From Candidatus Eiseniibacteriota bacterium (lineage in GTDB: Bacteria > Eisenbacteria > RBG-16-71-46), in assembly GCA_963725865.1 (NCBI GenBank), contig CAVSAC010000010.1, positions 576,001 through 640,000 on the forward strand: 64,000 bases of DNA, read 5' to 3'. The notes under the pieces are model-generated. The model did no database searches, was not told the DNA's origin, and was given only the letters and a program-made list of their open reading frames with translations. Shown piece by piece: positions 52,052-62,176 of this stretch (positions within the stretch are counted from its first letter, which is position 1; each line of letters starts with the position of its first letter). A program made the translations under genes and the position numbers.

Positions 52052-52961
52052 ATGTCGATTCGGCCGGTGAAGAGGATCGTCGAGGCGCAGCCGACCGTGG
52101 AGGGCGCGGGCGTGAAGCTGCGCCGCGCGTTCGGATTCGGTGACACCGACGAGACCGATCCGTTCCTGTTGTTCGACGACTTCCGCAACGAACGACCGGC
52201 CGACTACCTGGCCGGCTTCCCGTGGCACCCGCACCGCGGCATCGAGACCATCACGTACGTGCTGTCGGGCACGGTGTCGCACGGCGACAGCCTCGGCAAC
52301 TCGGGCACGCTCGGCAGCGGCGACGTGCAATGGATGACCGCCGGCAGCGGCATCCTGCACCAGGAGATGCCGAAGGGCGACCCGAATGGACGCATGCACG
52401 GTTTCCAGCTCTGGGCGAATCTGCCCTCGTCGCTCAAGATGACGACGCCGCGCTACCAGGACGTGCCCGGCGGCGCGATCCCCGAGGTGACCGATGACGA
52501 CGGCACGCGCGTGCGCGTCGTGTGCGGGGAGCTTCTGGGGCAAGCGCGGCCCGGTCGACGGCATCGCCGCCGATCCGCGCTACCTCGACGTGTGGGTGCC
52601 GCCCGGCCAGCGCAAGACGCTGCCGGTCGAGACCGACCGCAGCGGGTTCGCGTACGTGTTCGAGGGCGACGGCACTTTCCGGGACGCGAGCCAGCCGCGC
52701 GGCGTGCTGACCGAGAAGGACGGCCCGGTCGAGACCCTGGAACGCGAGCGCACCGGCAACCGCTCGCTGGTGCTGTTCGACCGCGGCGACGAGGTGACCG
52801 TGCAGGCCGGCGAGCAGGGCATCCGCTTCCTGCTCGTCTCGGGCAAGCCGATCGAGGAGCCGGTCGCCTGGTACGGCCCGATCGTGATGAACACGAACGA
52901 CGAGCTGCGCACCGCGATGGCCGAGCTGCGCGAGGGGACGTTCATCAAGCACGGGAAGTGA
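52052..52961 (+). CDS. Pirin family protein; +1 frameshift near 52530
   Basis: EGAGV, DPFLLFD, GFPWHPHRGIETITY, WMTAGSGILHQE, QLWANLP; continues to PIEEPVAWYGPIVMN in the next frame; span 910 = 3n+1. Confidence 0.92.
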
Positions 52962-53129
52962 CGCGCGGGGCGGTGCGAAGGCGGGGCGCGACGGGCGGGC
53001 GTGAGAGCGGGTGAGGAACCCCCTGCGCACGCGTCGTGCCCGCGGGGCACGCAACCGGTACTCTCGCGCTTGCTCGTTCGACCGTAGCGGTCGATCGTGG
53101 CGCGGCGTGCCCACCCCGGAGCGTCATCC

Positions 53130-53822
53130 ATGTCCTCCCCTGACTCATCGCCCCTGCTCCGCCATGCTTCCGCCACGACATCCGGTCGCTACCTGGTCCG
53201 TCCGCCGCGGGCCGGAGCGGCGAAGCATCACATGATCGGCTTCCACGGCTACGCGCAGACCGCCGAGGCGGTGCTCGATGTGTTCGCCCGCTCGGTGCCG
53301 GGTGACGACTGGCTCGTGGTGTCGGTGCAGGCGCTGCACCTCTTCTATGTCGGACGCGGCACCGAAGTGGTGGCGAGCTGGATGACGCGCCTCGACCGCG
53401 AGCTGGCGATCGCAAGCAATGTGGCGTACGTGGACGCGGTGGTGGAGCAGCTCGATCGCGAGTTCGGCACGCCGCGCGCCCGCGTGCTCGCGGGGTTCTC
53501 GCAGGGCGTCGGCATGGCGTACCGCGCCGGCGCCCTGGGCCGGCATCGCTGCGATGCCATCGTGGCGGTCGGCGGTGACGTGCCGCCCGAGCTGGCCGCT
53601 TCGCCCCCGCGCCCGTGGCCCACCGTGCTGGCGATGACCGGTCAGACCGACGCCTACTTCACGCCCGAGAAGCTCGCGCGGGACGTCGAGCGGTTACGCG
53701 CGCACGGCGGGGATGTGCGCTCCCGGGTGCTGGCCGGTGGCCACGAATGGTCCGCCGAGGCGTGCGACGCCGCCGCGGCCCTGCTGGGTGAGGTGGGCGC
53801 GCGCCCGCCGGCCACCGACTGA
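53130..53822 (+). CDS. Phospholipase/carboxylesterase family alpha/beta hydrolase
   Basis: GFHGYAQ, VVASWMTR, GFSQG, GGHEW. Confidence 0.85.
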   Translation: MSSPDSSPLLRHASATTSGRYLVRPPRAGAAKHHMIGFHGYAQTAEAVLDVFARSVPGDDWLVVSVQALHLFYVGRGTEVVASWMTRLDRELAIASNVAYVDAVVEQLDREFGTPRARVLAGFSQGVGMAYRAGALGRHRCDAIVAVGGDVPPELAASPPRPWPTVLAMTGQTDAYFTPEKLARDVERLRAHGGDVRSRVLAGGHEWSAEACDAAAALLGEVGARPPATD

Positions 53823-53896
53823 ATCCATCGACTCCTGTCGCATCGCGGCGCTACCATCGGGGTGTCATCGACCCGCCCATCACCACGAGGTGCACC

Positions 53897-54610
53897 ATGC
53901 TCCGTCATCGAACCCTCCTCGTGTCCACGCTCGCGCTGCTTGCCGCGCTCGGTGCCGCTCCGCGCGGTGCCTCGGCGTACGGCTACCTCAACTCCTACGC
54001 CGCGTGCTCCGACAGCACGGTGGTCGTGTTCCAGTGGACCTTCCACGACGATCCGGCGGCCCCGGCGCAGGCCGCGTGGGTGGGCTTCGACGTCGTGCGG
54101 CGCACGGTGGGCGACTGCAGCCCGTACGTGCGCGTGAACGACCAGCCGTTCCTTCGCACGCCGGGAGCCACCGAGGTCTTCGAGTTCGTCGAGCCGACGC
54201 CGGTCGGACGCGCGCTGCTCGAGTACCACGTGGTGCCGGTCGACGCGGCGCGTCAGCCGATCACGCCGGGGCCGGTCGAGTGCGATGGCTGCGCAGTGCC
54301 CGCCTACGTCACGTGCCCGGCCGCGACCGCGCCGCTCACGCAGGGCACGGTGACCGACCTGGGCTGGGCGGTGATGGTCATGCCGTGCGCCGGCAGCTGC
54401 TACACGAGCTTCTACGTGAGCCACCCGGACGACGCGCTGCTGCGCCCGTACGCGGGGACGAGCACGGTCGTGCGCCTGTTCGGCACGCCCGCCTGCGGCA
54501 CGCTCGAGGGCTGCACGCTGGCGCTCGATCACTTCGACCTCGCGCCCTGCGACGTCGTCGTGCCCACGCTCCCGTCGACCTGGGGGCGGCTGAAGACGCG
54601 CTACCGATGA
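53897..54610 (+). CDS. Secreted Cys-rich protein with TWGRLKTRYR tail
   Basis: GAGGT RBS; signal peptide ending ASA; many Cys; ends VPTLPSTWGRLKTRYR. Confidence 0.75.
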   Translation: MLRHRTLLVSTLALLAALGAAPRGASAYGYLNSYAACSDSTVVVFQWTFHDDPAAPAQAAWVGFDVVRRTVGDCSPYVRVNDQPFLRTPGATEVFEFVEPTPVGRALLEYHVVPVDAARQPITPGPVECDGCAVPAYVTCPAATAPLTQGTVTDLGWAVMVMPCAGSCYTSFYVSHPDDALLRPYAGTSTVVRLFGTPACGTLEGCTLALDHFDLAPCDVVVPTLPSTWGRLKTRYR

Positions 54611-54662
54611 CGACGGGGCGCCGTCCCTCGTGGCGCGGCGCCCCAGTCGGCAACGACTTCGG

Positions 54663-56042
54663 TCAGGGCGAGGTCGAGGTCACCGCGGCCGGCACCAGAT
54701 CGACATCGTCGATCGTGTCCAGACGGAGCAGGTCCTGGTGGAGCGGCTGCCAGCCGCCGGCGAGTGCCCCGAACGCGAGATCCTCGGCGGACGGAAGCTC
54801 CTCGAGCATCACGAATGCGGCACCGGCGATGAACCGTGCGACCACCTGCCGGTGATCGCTCGACTGCCGCGCGCTGGTGCGCTTGGCGTCGAGCACCTGC
54901 GCGAGTGTGGTGCCCTCGCCGACCACCGCCTTCCACTTGGTCTCGATCCGCTTCGCGCGTTCGGGATCGCCGGCGCGCGTCTCCTCCGAGACGAGGGAGT
55001 AGGTGTCGGAGCTGCCTTCGGGCGAGTACGCCGTCCACACCACACGCGCCTTCATCGTGCGGGTGTCGTGCCGACGGGCGAGCGTGGCGCCGCCCCGCGT
55101 CTCGATCACCTCGTACTCGTAGTCGACATCCACCGTGCGGGTCCGGGCGATCACCTCGATCGGAACCTCGACCCAGCGGGTGGTGGTGCCCCCGGTCGCG
55201 TCCCGTACGGTGATGCGGTGGGCGACCCGATCCGAGAAGAACTGGACGCCGGACTTGGAATTCACGTCGCCGATCGAGCCCCAGACGATGCGACGGGCGC
55301 CGGCCTTGCGGCCGAGCCGCACGGCCTCGTCGCGGGTGAGCCGGCCCAGGTCGGAGACGCTCATCGCGCGTTCGACGTCCTCGGTGGGCAGGACGCGGGT
55401 GAAGTACGCGTTGGGCGGCGACAGGTGCTCGACGACGTCGCCGCGCCACGAGGCGGCGACATCGCGGCCCATCGCCGTGCCGCGGGACTCCGAGCGCAGC
55501 GGCATGATGGCGACCCGGGTGATCGCCTGCTCCAGTGCGCGGTCGGCCAGCGCGGCGGCGTCGCGATAGCCGGTCCAGAACCGCTCGGCCTCCACCAGGT
55601 GGTGGTAGGCCGCCTTCGGTCGCTTCGACTTGAGGTCGTCCGCGCCGCTGCGGTAGTTCGCCTGGGCGGCCCCCTGTCGCAACGTGCGCTCCGTGCGGGT
55701 CCAGTCGTCGTCCACCCGCACCGTGACGTAGCGCGCCGCGTCGGTGCGGAACGCCACGAACTCCATCACCTGCTCGGCGGCGGCGAGCGAGTCGGCGCCG
55801 GCGAGGGCGACGATGCGGCGGCGCCAGTCGGTCGCGATGGCCGACGCCGCGGCGTCGGCGGCCGCGCGGGCCCGCTGGTTGCCGGGCGCCTTGTCGAGCG
55901 CCTGGGTGGCCAGCGTCCACGCCCGCCAGGACTGACCCTGGGCGAGCTTGTCCTCGCTGCGCTCCGCGAGCTTGGCCGGTCCGGCGCAGCCGGCGACCAG
56001 CGTGAGTGCGAGCAGCAGGGACGGCATGAGCGTGCGGGGCAT
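54663..56042 (-). CDS. Lipoprotein with helical (TPR-like) N-terminus and CsgG/LpoB-like domain
   Basis: RBS GGAGGAGG; lipobox VAGC; RVAIMPL..EAVRLGRKAGARRIVWGSI..VIETRGG. Confidence 0.65.
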   Translation of the reverse strand: MPRTLMPSLLLALTLVAGCAGPAKLAERSEDKLAQGQSWRAWTLATQALDKAPGNQRARAAADAAASAIATDWRRRIVALAGADSLAAAEQVMEFVAFRTDAARYVTVRVDDDWTRTERTLRQGAAQANYRSGADDLKSKRPKAAYHHLVEAERFWTGYRDAAALADRALEQAITRVAIMPLRSESRGTAMGRDVAASWRGDVVEHLSPPNAYFTRVLPTEDVERAMSVSDLGRLTRDEAVRLGRKAGARRIVWGSIGDVNSKSGVQFFSDRVAHRITVRDATGGTTTRWVEVPIEVIARTRTVDVDYEYEVIETRGGATLARRHDTRTMKARVVWTAYSPEGSSDTYSLVSEETRAGDPERAKRIETKWKAVVGEGTTLAQVLDAKRTSARQSSDHRQVVARFIAGAAFVMLEELPSAEDLAFGALAGGWQPLHQDLLRLDTIDDVDLVPAAVTSTSP

Positions 56043-56114
56043 GGTGGGCCCTCCTCCCACCGCGTCATCGGCACTCGCGGGACCGGCCTTCAGAGGCATG
56101 TGGTGGTCTCGCGG

Positions 56115-56771
56115 CTAGGGCGTCACCAGCCCCAATCGCGCCTGGATCGAGCCGCCGTCCGAGCCCTCGAACAGCTCCGAGTAGCCGCGGAAGCGCACGC
56201 CCAGTTGCCATGCGTAGCCCGAGCGCTGCGGCAGGCGCACGCCCATGCCGATCTCGCCGAGCGCCTCGTTGTTCCCGTAGCGATAGCCGGGATAGATCAG
56301 CGCGCCGGTGGCCACATCCACGGCCTCCATGCCCTGGCCGGTGACCGACACCAGGCCGAAGCCGAACTCGACGAACGGCTCGACGTACCGCGTGGGCATT
56401 CCCACGCGCGCGCCGACCGCGGCGGTGAGCATCTGCCGGTTGCCGCCGCCCTGGTAGCGAATGCCGCCCGACGGCGCGACGAAGCCCGCCTGGGTGTACG
56501 ACGCCGCCGTGCCCGGGTAGTGCTCGAAGCCGACACTCATCGTGACCCCGAACGTGCGCCCGAACTCCACCCCGCTGCCGATCGCGTAGCCCATCGGAAG
56601 GAGCGTGGGCGATTGCGAGTTGTCGAAGCTGGGCCCGGCCTCGATCCAGATGCGCGCCCCGCGCGCGCTCTCGTCGGCGCTCGCGGGCGTCGCGATGCTC
56701 GCGAGCACGACGCCCGCGACGCACGCAAGCAGCAACATCGCAGTCGGCCACATGAGCGAGCGCGGGCTCAT
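56115..56771 (-). CDS. Small outer-membrane beta-barrel (OmpA/OmpW-like)
   Basis: Signal peptide; VEPFVEFGFG, EIGMGVRL, IQARLGLV; ATGA overlap with its paralogue. Confidence 0.65.
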   Translation of the reverse strand: MSPRSLMWPTAMLLLACVAGVVLASIATPASADESARGARIWIEAGPSFDNSQSPTLLPMGYAIGSGVEFGRTFGVTMSVGFEHYPGTAASYTQAGFVAPSGGIRYQGGGNRQMLTAAVGARVGMPTRYVEPFVEFGFGLVSVTGQGMEAVDVATGALIYPGYRYGNNEALGEIGMGVRLPQRSGYAWQLGVRFRGYSELFEGSDGGSIQARLGLVTP

Positions 56772-57370
56772 CGCAGCTCCACGCCGGCGCGCAGCGCGCC
56801 CGTCCACGAGTGGTCCCCCGGGCTGCCCGGCACGGTGTCCCAGTGGCCATCGAGGAACATGCCGTAGCGCTCCGCCACGCGCCACGCGACGCCGCTGCCC
56901 CAGGTGAACGCCCACGTGCTCGACACGCGCGAGGGCGACGCCGACCCGGAGAAGGCGTAGTCGAACCGGCGCTCCACCGACAGGATCGCCATGCCGAACC
57001 CCACGTCGAAGTAGGGCGAGATCGCCAGATCGCGCCGCCGGAACCGCACGCCGCCGACCATCGACACGAGATGCGCGGCGCCCAGGTGGATCGCCCCGGT
57101 ATCCGTCCCGAACCGTTGCGCGAACGCGCCGGGGTTCGACGGAAAGTCGGTGTACGCCAGCCGCATCATCACGCCCGTGGTGCCGCGGATCGGGTGCTCG
57201 CCGCCGGCGACCAGCGTGAGGCCGGTGCGATTGTAGTCGGCGAGATGGCCCTGCCCCGCGCGCGGGCTCTCGAAGCCGGCGCCGAAGAACCAGATGTCCT
57301 CGGCGGCACGGCACGGCGCGGCGAGCGAGACGAGCAGGAGTCCGAGCGCGACCGCGCGACCGACCATCAT
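56768..57370 (-). CDS. Small outer-membrane beta-barrel (OmpA/OmpW-like)
   Basis: RBS GGAGGAGG; signal peptide; ISPYFDVGFG, FTWGSGVAW, ALRAGVEL. Confidence 0.65.
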   Translation of the reverse strand: MMVGRAVALGLLLVSLAAPCRAAEDIWFFGAGFESPRAGQGHLADYNRTGLTLVAGGEHPIRGTTGVMMRLAYTDFPSNPGAFAQRFGTDTGAIHLGAAHLVSMVGGVRFRRRDLAISPYFDVGFGMAILSVERRFDYAFSGSASPSRVSSTWAFTWGSGVAWRVAERYGMFLDGHWDTVPGSPGDHSWTGALRAGVELR

Positions 57371-57408
57371 GAGCCTCCTCCGAACCGCGCGGGGGGACGG
57401 CCGTGATG

Positions 57409-58827
57409 TTACCTCAGCTTCAGTCGCTCGATCCGCGCGTCCACCAGCACCGGCGGGAACACGCCACCGCGCTCGAACACGGCGCGATGGCGCGCGAGCG
57501 CCTCGCCCACCTCGGCGAACGAGCGCGGCACCGCCGCACCGCCGCCGTTGGCGCCCTTGGACGCCGCGGTGGACTCCAGCAGCGCGTCGAGGTCGGGCGT
57601 GGCGCGGCCCTCGACCATCGCCTGCGCCATCCCGGCCAGCAGCAGGTGCGGGTGCGCGGAGCCGTCGGGCAGCCGGAACTCGATGGTCGGAGGGCTCACC
57701 AGCCGGCCGTCGCCGTCGGTCGCCACCACCGGCAGGCGTACCAGCGCGCTGCGGTCGTACTCGCCCCACTTGACGCTGCTGGGCGCCTCCTTGGCCTGGC
57801 CGATCCGCACGAACGACTCCTCGGCGCGGTTGCCGAACGCCATCAGCGCGCCGCCGAACTGCACCAGCCCGCCGATCAGCCAGCGCGCGGGGTCGGTCAG
57901 GCGCCCGTCGGCGCCGCGGGTGGCGCCGTGCTTGCCGTCGATCACCGGCGAGACGTGGAAGTGCAGCCCGTTGCCGGCGTGGCCACGGCGCAGGATGGGC
58001 TCGAACGAGCAGCGCATGCCTTCGGCGTGCGCGAGGTTGCGCAGCACCCACTGGGTCAGCGCCACCGCGTCGGCCGCCTCCGGCAGCGGCGCGAGCGCCA
58101 GCTCGATCTCGTGCTGTTCCCAGATCACGCCGTCGGCCTCGCCCGCTTCGACGTAGCCGACCTCGCTGTGCGCGTACTTCACCGGCACGCCGATGTCGGC
58201 CAGGATCGCGAGCGCGCGGCGGCGCAGGCTCTCGCCGAACACGAACGGCGAGGTGGCGTGGTAGCCGCGGTCGTCGGCGCCGTACATGTCGTTCTCGGTC
58301 GAGCGCCGGCCGAGGAAGAACTCCACCTCGCCGAGCGCGTGCAGCGTGATGCCGGTCTCCTGCTGGAGCCGCGCGTGGGCGCGGCGCACCAGCGTGTCGG
58401 GCGACTGCGGCAGCGGCTGGCCGTCGCGGCCGGCGTGGCCGCACATCACCGCCAGCGTGGGCAGCGGCGAGAACGGATCGAGGAACGCGCCGGTCACGCG
58501 CGGTCGCAACACCACGTCCGAGGCGCCGGCCTGGATGCCGAGCCCCGGGAACAGGCTGGAGCCGTCGGCGCGCTCGCCGCCGCCCAGCACGTCGCGCAGG
58601 TGCGCGAGCGAGCCCGGCACGAAGTCGAGCGTCTTGAGCCACCCGTCGCCGCCGATGTGCATCAGGCTGATGATGCGGATGCCGTGCTCGTGCACCAGCG
58701 CGGCGAGGTCGTCGAGCGTCCACTCCGCGGCCGGTCGGCCGAGCAGGCGCTCGAGCTGGCAGGCCGGGAACGCGCTCTCGTGCGCGGGCGGCACGTGGTT
58801 CGGCCGCGGGTGTGCGCGTTCGTCCAC
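57409..58827 (-). CDS. glnA: Glutamine synthetase family protein (GlnA-like)
   Basis: GTG 2 nt after the gatD stop; LKTLDF, ADGSSLF, FLDPF, GEVEFFL, HSEVG, QHEIE, GNGLHFH, EAP, DRSALVRLP, IEFRLPD. Confidence 0.85.
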   Translation of the reverse strand: MDERAHPRPNHVPPAHESAFPACQLERLLGRPAAEWTLDDLAALVHEHGIRIISLMHIGGDGWLKTLDFVPGSLAHLRDVLGGGERADGSSLFPGLGIQAGASDVVLRPRVTGAFLDPFSPLPTLAVMCGHAGRDGQPLPQSPDTLVRRAHARLQQETGITLHALGEVEFFLGRRSTENDMYGADDRGYHATSPFVFGESLRRRALAILADIGVPVKYAHSEVGYVEAGEADGVIWEQHEIELALAPLPEAADAVALTQWVLRNLAHAEGMRCSFEPILRRGHAGNGLHFHVSPVIDGKHGATRGADGRLTDPARWLIGGLVQFGGALMAFGNRAEESFVRIGQAKEAPSSVKWGEYDRSALVRLPVVATDGDGRLVSPPTIEFRLPDGSAHPHLLLAGMAQAMVEGRATPDLDALLESTAASKGANGGGAAVPRSFAEVGEALARHRAVFERGGVFPPVLVDARIERLKLR

Positions 58828-58829
58828 CG

Positions 58830-60218
58830 TTACTTCCACACCCTGCATAGGAACTCCTGGATCTCGGGCACCCCGCCCTGGAAGACGAGGTAGCCATCGT
58901 GAGGCTCGCGTTCGGTGATCTCGCCGGCGACCGGCGTGGTCATCAGGGCGCTCACCGCGGCGGGATCGCCGGGGTGCACGCCCAGCGCCCAGCCGAGCTT
59001 GATGTACGCGACCTCGGGCAGCATGTTGGCGAGCGGCACCACGCCCAGCTCGAGGATCTCGCGTCCGGTCTCGTACACGTACATCTGCACGAACCCCCAC
59101 AGCGTCTGCACCGCCATGAACACCAGCACGCCGGCCTTGGTCGCGCGCTCGAGCGCCGGATACAGCTTGCGGTTCACGTGGCCGAGCCCGGTGCCGGCGA
59201 TGACGATGCCCTTGTACCCGCGCTCGACCAGCGAGTCGATGATGTCCGGGTCCATGTTGGGATAGTAGTAGACGATCGTCACCCGCTCCTCGAACACCGC
59301 GCTCACGGTGACGTCGCGGTCGGCGCGCCGGGGCTTCACGCCCTCGCGCAGTTGCGTGACCTTGCCCTGCTCGACCATCGCGAGCGGGATGTCGCCGAGG
59401 GTGCGGAACGTGCTGCGATACGAGGTGTGCATCTTGCGCACGCGGGTGCCGCGGTGCAGCAGGTTGTAGCGGTCCGAGGTGGGCCCGAACATGCACACCA
59501 TGACCTCGGCGAGCGGGCCGTGGGCGGCGGCGTAGGTGGCGTTGATGAGGTTCTGCGCGGCGTCCGACGACGGGCGGTCCGAGGAGCGCTGGCTGCCCAC
59601 CATGATGATGGGCACCGGCGGGTCCTGGACCATGAACGACAGCGCCGCGGCGGTGTGGTGCATGGTGTCGGTGCCGTGGCCGATCACCACGCCGGCATAG
59701 CCGTCGCGGATCGCCTCGCCCACCTTCTCGGCCAGCACCTTGTACTGCTCCGGCCCCATGTTCTCGGAGAACACCGCGAACAGCTTCTCGGTGTCGAGGT
59801 TGCAGATGTCCGCCAGCTCGGGCACCGAGCCGTACAGCTCGCCGGGCGAGAACGCCGGGATCACGGCGCCGGTGCGGTAGTCGAGGCGCGAGGCGATGGT
59901 GCCGCCGGTGCCGAGCAGCTTCACGCGCGGCTTGGCCGGATCGACCGGGAACTGCTTCTCGGGGATCTTGTAGTGCGCCTCGCGGTAGCCGGTCTTCTTC
60001 ATCGCGAGGATGGTGTCGTGGCGCAGGCCGATGTTGTATCCGCTCGCCAGCTTGAGCACCAGGTGCAGGGGATCGGCGGTCTCCGAGCGCGGCAGCACCA
60101 GCCCGCTGAAGTCGCCGCGCGTGGTGTGCGCCTCGATGTCGCACCACACCGTGATGCCGTGGCGCTCCATCACCGCGCGGCAGGGATCGCGATAGCCCTT
60201 GAAGCGATCGTCGCTCAT
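58830..60218 (-). CDS. gatD: Archaeal-type Glu-tRNA(Gln) amidotransferase subunit D
   Basis: GatD-specific N-terminal domain (GLVLPR..LVLKLASGYNIGL) plus asparaginase-like core GTGGTIASRLDYRTGAV, HGTDTM, GSQRSSDRPSSDA, RGTRVRKMHTS, GTGLGHV. Confidence 0.93.
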   Translation of the reverse strand: MSDDRFKGYRDPCRAVMERHGITVWCDIEAHTTRGDFSGLVLPRSETADPLHLVLKLASGYNIGLRHDTILAMKKTGYREAHYKIPEKQFPVDPAKPRVKLLGTGGTIASRLDYRTGAVIPAFSPGELYGSVPELADICNLDTEKLFAVFSENMGPEQYKVLAEKVGEAIRDGYAGVVIGHGTDTMHHTAAALSFMVQDPPVPIIMVGSQRSSDRPSSDAAQNLINATYAAAHGPLAEVMVCMFGPTSDRYNLLHRGTRVRKMHTSYRSTFRTLGDIPLAMVEQGKVTQLREGVKPRRADRDVTVSAVFEERVTIVYYYPNMDPDIIDSLVERGYKGIVIAGTGLGHVNRKLYPALERATKAGVLVFMAVQTLWGFVQMYVYETGREILELGVVPLANMLPEVAYIKLGWALGVHPGDPAAVSALMTTPVAGEITEREPHDGYLVFQGGVPEIQEFLCRVWK

Positions 60219-62176
60219 CGCGCGACCTCCGCCGTTGCCGGCCCCAGTGCGCGCTCGAGTCGCGCGCGCACGTCGGCGGGTGCGGCGCGCCCGAGCAGCG
60301 CCCGCATCGCCTCGCCCATCGCGTGGCGCAGGCGCTTTTCGAGCGGGGCGTCGGCCATGCCGGCGCACGCGGCGACGGCCGCACGGACCGCCGCGTCGGC
60401 GTCGGCGGGCGTCGCCAGCTGCGCGACCACGCGCTCGGCGGTCGCGCCGGGCTCCAGCAGCACGCGCTCGATCGCGCTCCCCAGCGCCTCGCCGCGGAAC
60501 GCGCCGCGCGCCAGCGCCTCGACCAACGGCTTCAGCCGCGCGGCGGCGTGCGCGGGATCGACGCCGCGGCGCCGCATCCAGCGCGCCGGACGTCTCAGGC
60601 ACTCGGCCGCGACGCGGCGCGCCACCTCGCCCGCCGGCGGTGCCAGCGCGTCGAACAGCGAACCCGCGCTCTCGAGCGCGGCGAGTCGGGCGGCCATCAG
60701 CGGCTCGAGCCCGAGTCCGATCCAGCGCTCCTCGCGCGCCCACGGACGCTCGGCCAGTCGGGTCGTGATCTCGGCCAGCCACGCGTCGGGGATCGCGATC
60801 GGCGGCGTGTCGGTGTCGGGATACATGCGGTCGGCGCCGGGCAGGATGCGCTCGAAGCCGGTGGTGCCGTCGGCGTAGGGCTGGCGCGTCTCGGCCGGGA
60901 TGCCGACCAGCGCATCGCGCGCGCGGGCGAGCAGCTCGCGCACCGCGGTCGCCACGTCCTCCTCGGGCCCCCACACCACCACGATCGCGTCGCCGCGCTC
61001 GGTGCGCAGTGCCTTGTGCAGCGCCTTCCACTCGCCGGGCGAGAGGCCGTAGTCGCGCACGTCGGAGTGGATCATGAATGGCCGCGCGGTGAGGCAGGCG
61101 ATCACGCGCACCCGCTCGGAGAACTCGCGCGCGAACGTGAGCCCCGGCTGGGTGCGGGTGTCGAGCAGCCCGCCGAAGCCGGGCAGCCGCGTCGCGGCCA
61201 CGGTGTCGCCGCGCTCGAGCGCCTCGCGCACCGGCATGTAGTCGCAGCGTCGCAGCAGCGACGAGGCCTCGACCGCGCGCGCGGACTCGCGCCACGGCAG
61301 GCCCTTCTCCGGCACCGCGAGCTGCTCGGCCCGCACGCCGCGCCGCAGCAGCTCGGCGCGGATGCGCAGCAGGCTGAGCTGGCGGAACGCCTCGTTGTGG
61401 GTCAGCAGCGGCAGCCAGCGCTGCTGGCAGACGCCCTTGATCTCGATGCGCCGGCCGCCGGCGATCGACACGTTGGTGTCCTGGCGCGCCGCGCCCTCGC
61501 CGCGCCGCACCTGGCGCGTGGCGCGCGCGACCCGCGCCAGCATGCGGCCGCCCGCCTCGACCTCCCACGGTGACAGGAAGTCGGGCTCGGTCACGATCTC
61601 GATCAGCGGCATGCCGAGCCGGTCGGTGCGGAACGTGATGCGGTGCCCGACGTCGGACACCTCGCGGCAGGAGTCCTCCTCGAGCGAGAGCTGGCGGATG
61701 CGCAGCGGGCGGTCGATGCCGAGCGCCGGCACCCGGAACGGCACCGTGCCCTGCAGCGCGATCATCGCGGTGCGCTGGAAGCCGGTCGGGATCGAGCCGT
61801 CGAGGTATTGCTTGCGCATCACGTGCAGCTCGCTCACGAGGTCGAGCCCCAGCAGCAGCGCGATCTCGTAGGCGATCTTGACCGCCGCCTCGTCGATCGG
61901 GAACGGCGGCGTGTCGTCCAGCTCGTAGGTGCAGACGGTGCCGCGCTCGAGCAGGTAGACGATCTCCTTCTTGGTCTTGAACTCCATCAGCGCGGTGCCG
62001 TCGTACTCCCCCAGCTCGGAGAGGGTCGGGCGCATGTGGCGCAGCACCTCGGCGTCGATCCGGGTGACGCGGCGGCCCGCCGGGCAGCGGCAGAACAGCT
62101 TGCCCTTGGTGTCGAGCTGCTGATGGATCTCGAGCCCCGAGATGAACCCCAGGGCCGCGTAGTCCGCGAGCGTCAT
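60215..62176 (-). CDS. gatE: Archaeal-type Glu-tRNA(Gln) amidotransferase subunit E (true start possibly 62294, see findings)
   Basis: GLEIHQQL..KLFCRCP, RPTLSELGEYD, YELDDTPP, MRKQYLDGS..GFQRT, LEEDS, DRLGMPLIEI, RQDTNVSI, EIKGV, GAD-like insertion (MIHSD), LPGADRMYPDTD. Confidence 0.93.
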   Translation of the reverse strand: MTLADYAALGFISGLEIHQQLDTKGKLFCRCPAGRRVTRIDAEVLRHMRPTLSELGEYDGTALMEFKTKKEIVYLLERGTVCTYELDDTPPFPIDEAAVKIAYEIALLLGLDLVSELHVMRKQYLDGSIPTGFQRTAMIALQGTVPFRVPALGIDRPLRIRQLSLEEDSCREVSDVGHRITFRTDRLGMPLIEIVTEPDFLSPWEVEAGGRMLARVARATRQVRRGEGAARQDTNVSIAGGRRIEIKGVCQQRWLPLLTHNEAFRQLSLLRIRAELLRRGVRAEQLAVPEKGLPWRESARAVEASSLLRRCDYMPVREALERGDTVAATRLPGFGGLLDTRTQPGLTFAREFSERVRVIACLTARPFMIHSDVRDYGLSPGEWKALHKALRTERGDAIVVVWGPEEDVATAVRELLARARDALVGIPAETRQPYADGTTGFERILPGADRMYPDTDTPPIAIPDAWLAEITTRLAERPWAREERWIGLGLEPLMAARLAALESAGSLFDALAPPAGEVARRVAAECLRRPARWMRRRGVDPAHAAARLKPLVEALARGAFRGEALGSAIERVLLEPGATAERVVAQLATPADADAAVRAAVAACAGMADAPLEKRLRHAMGEAMRALLGRAAPADVRARLERALGPATAEVAR

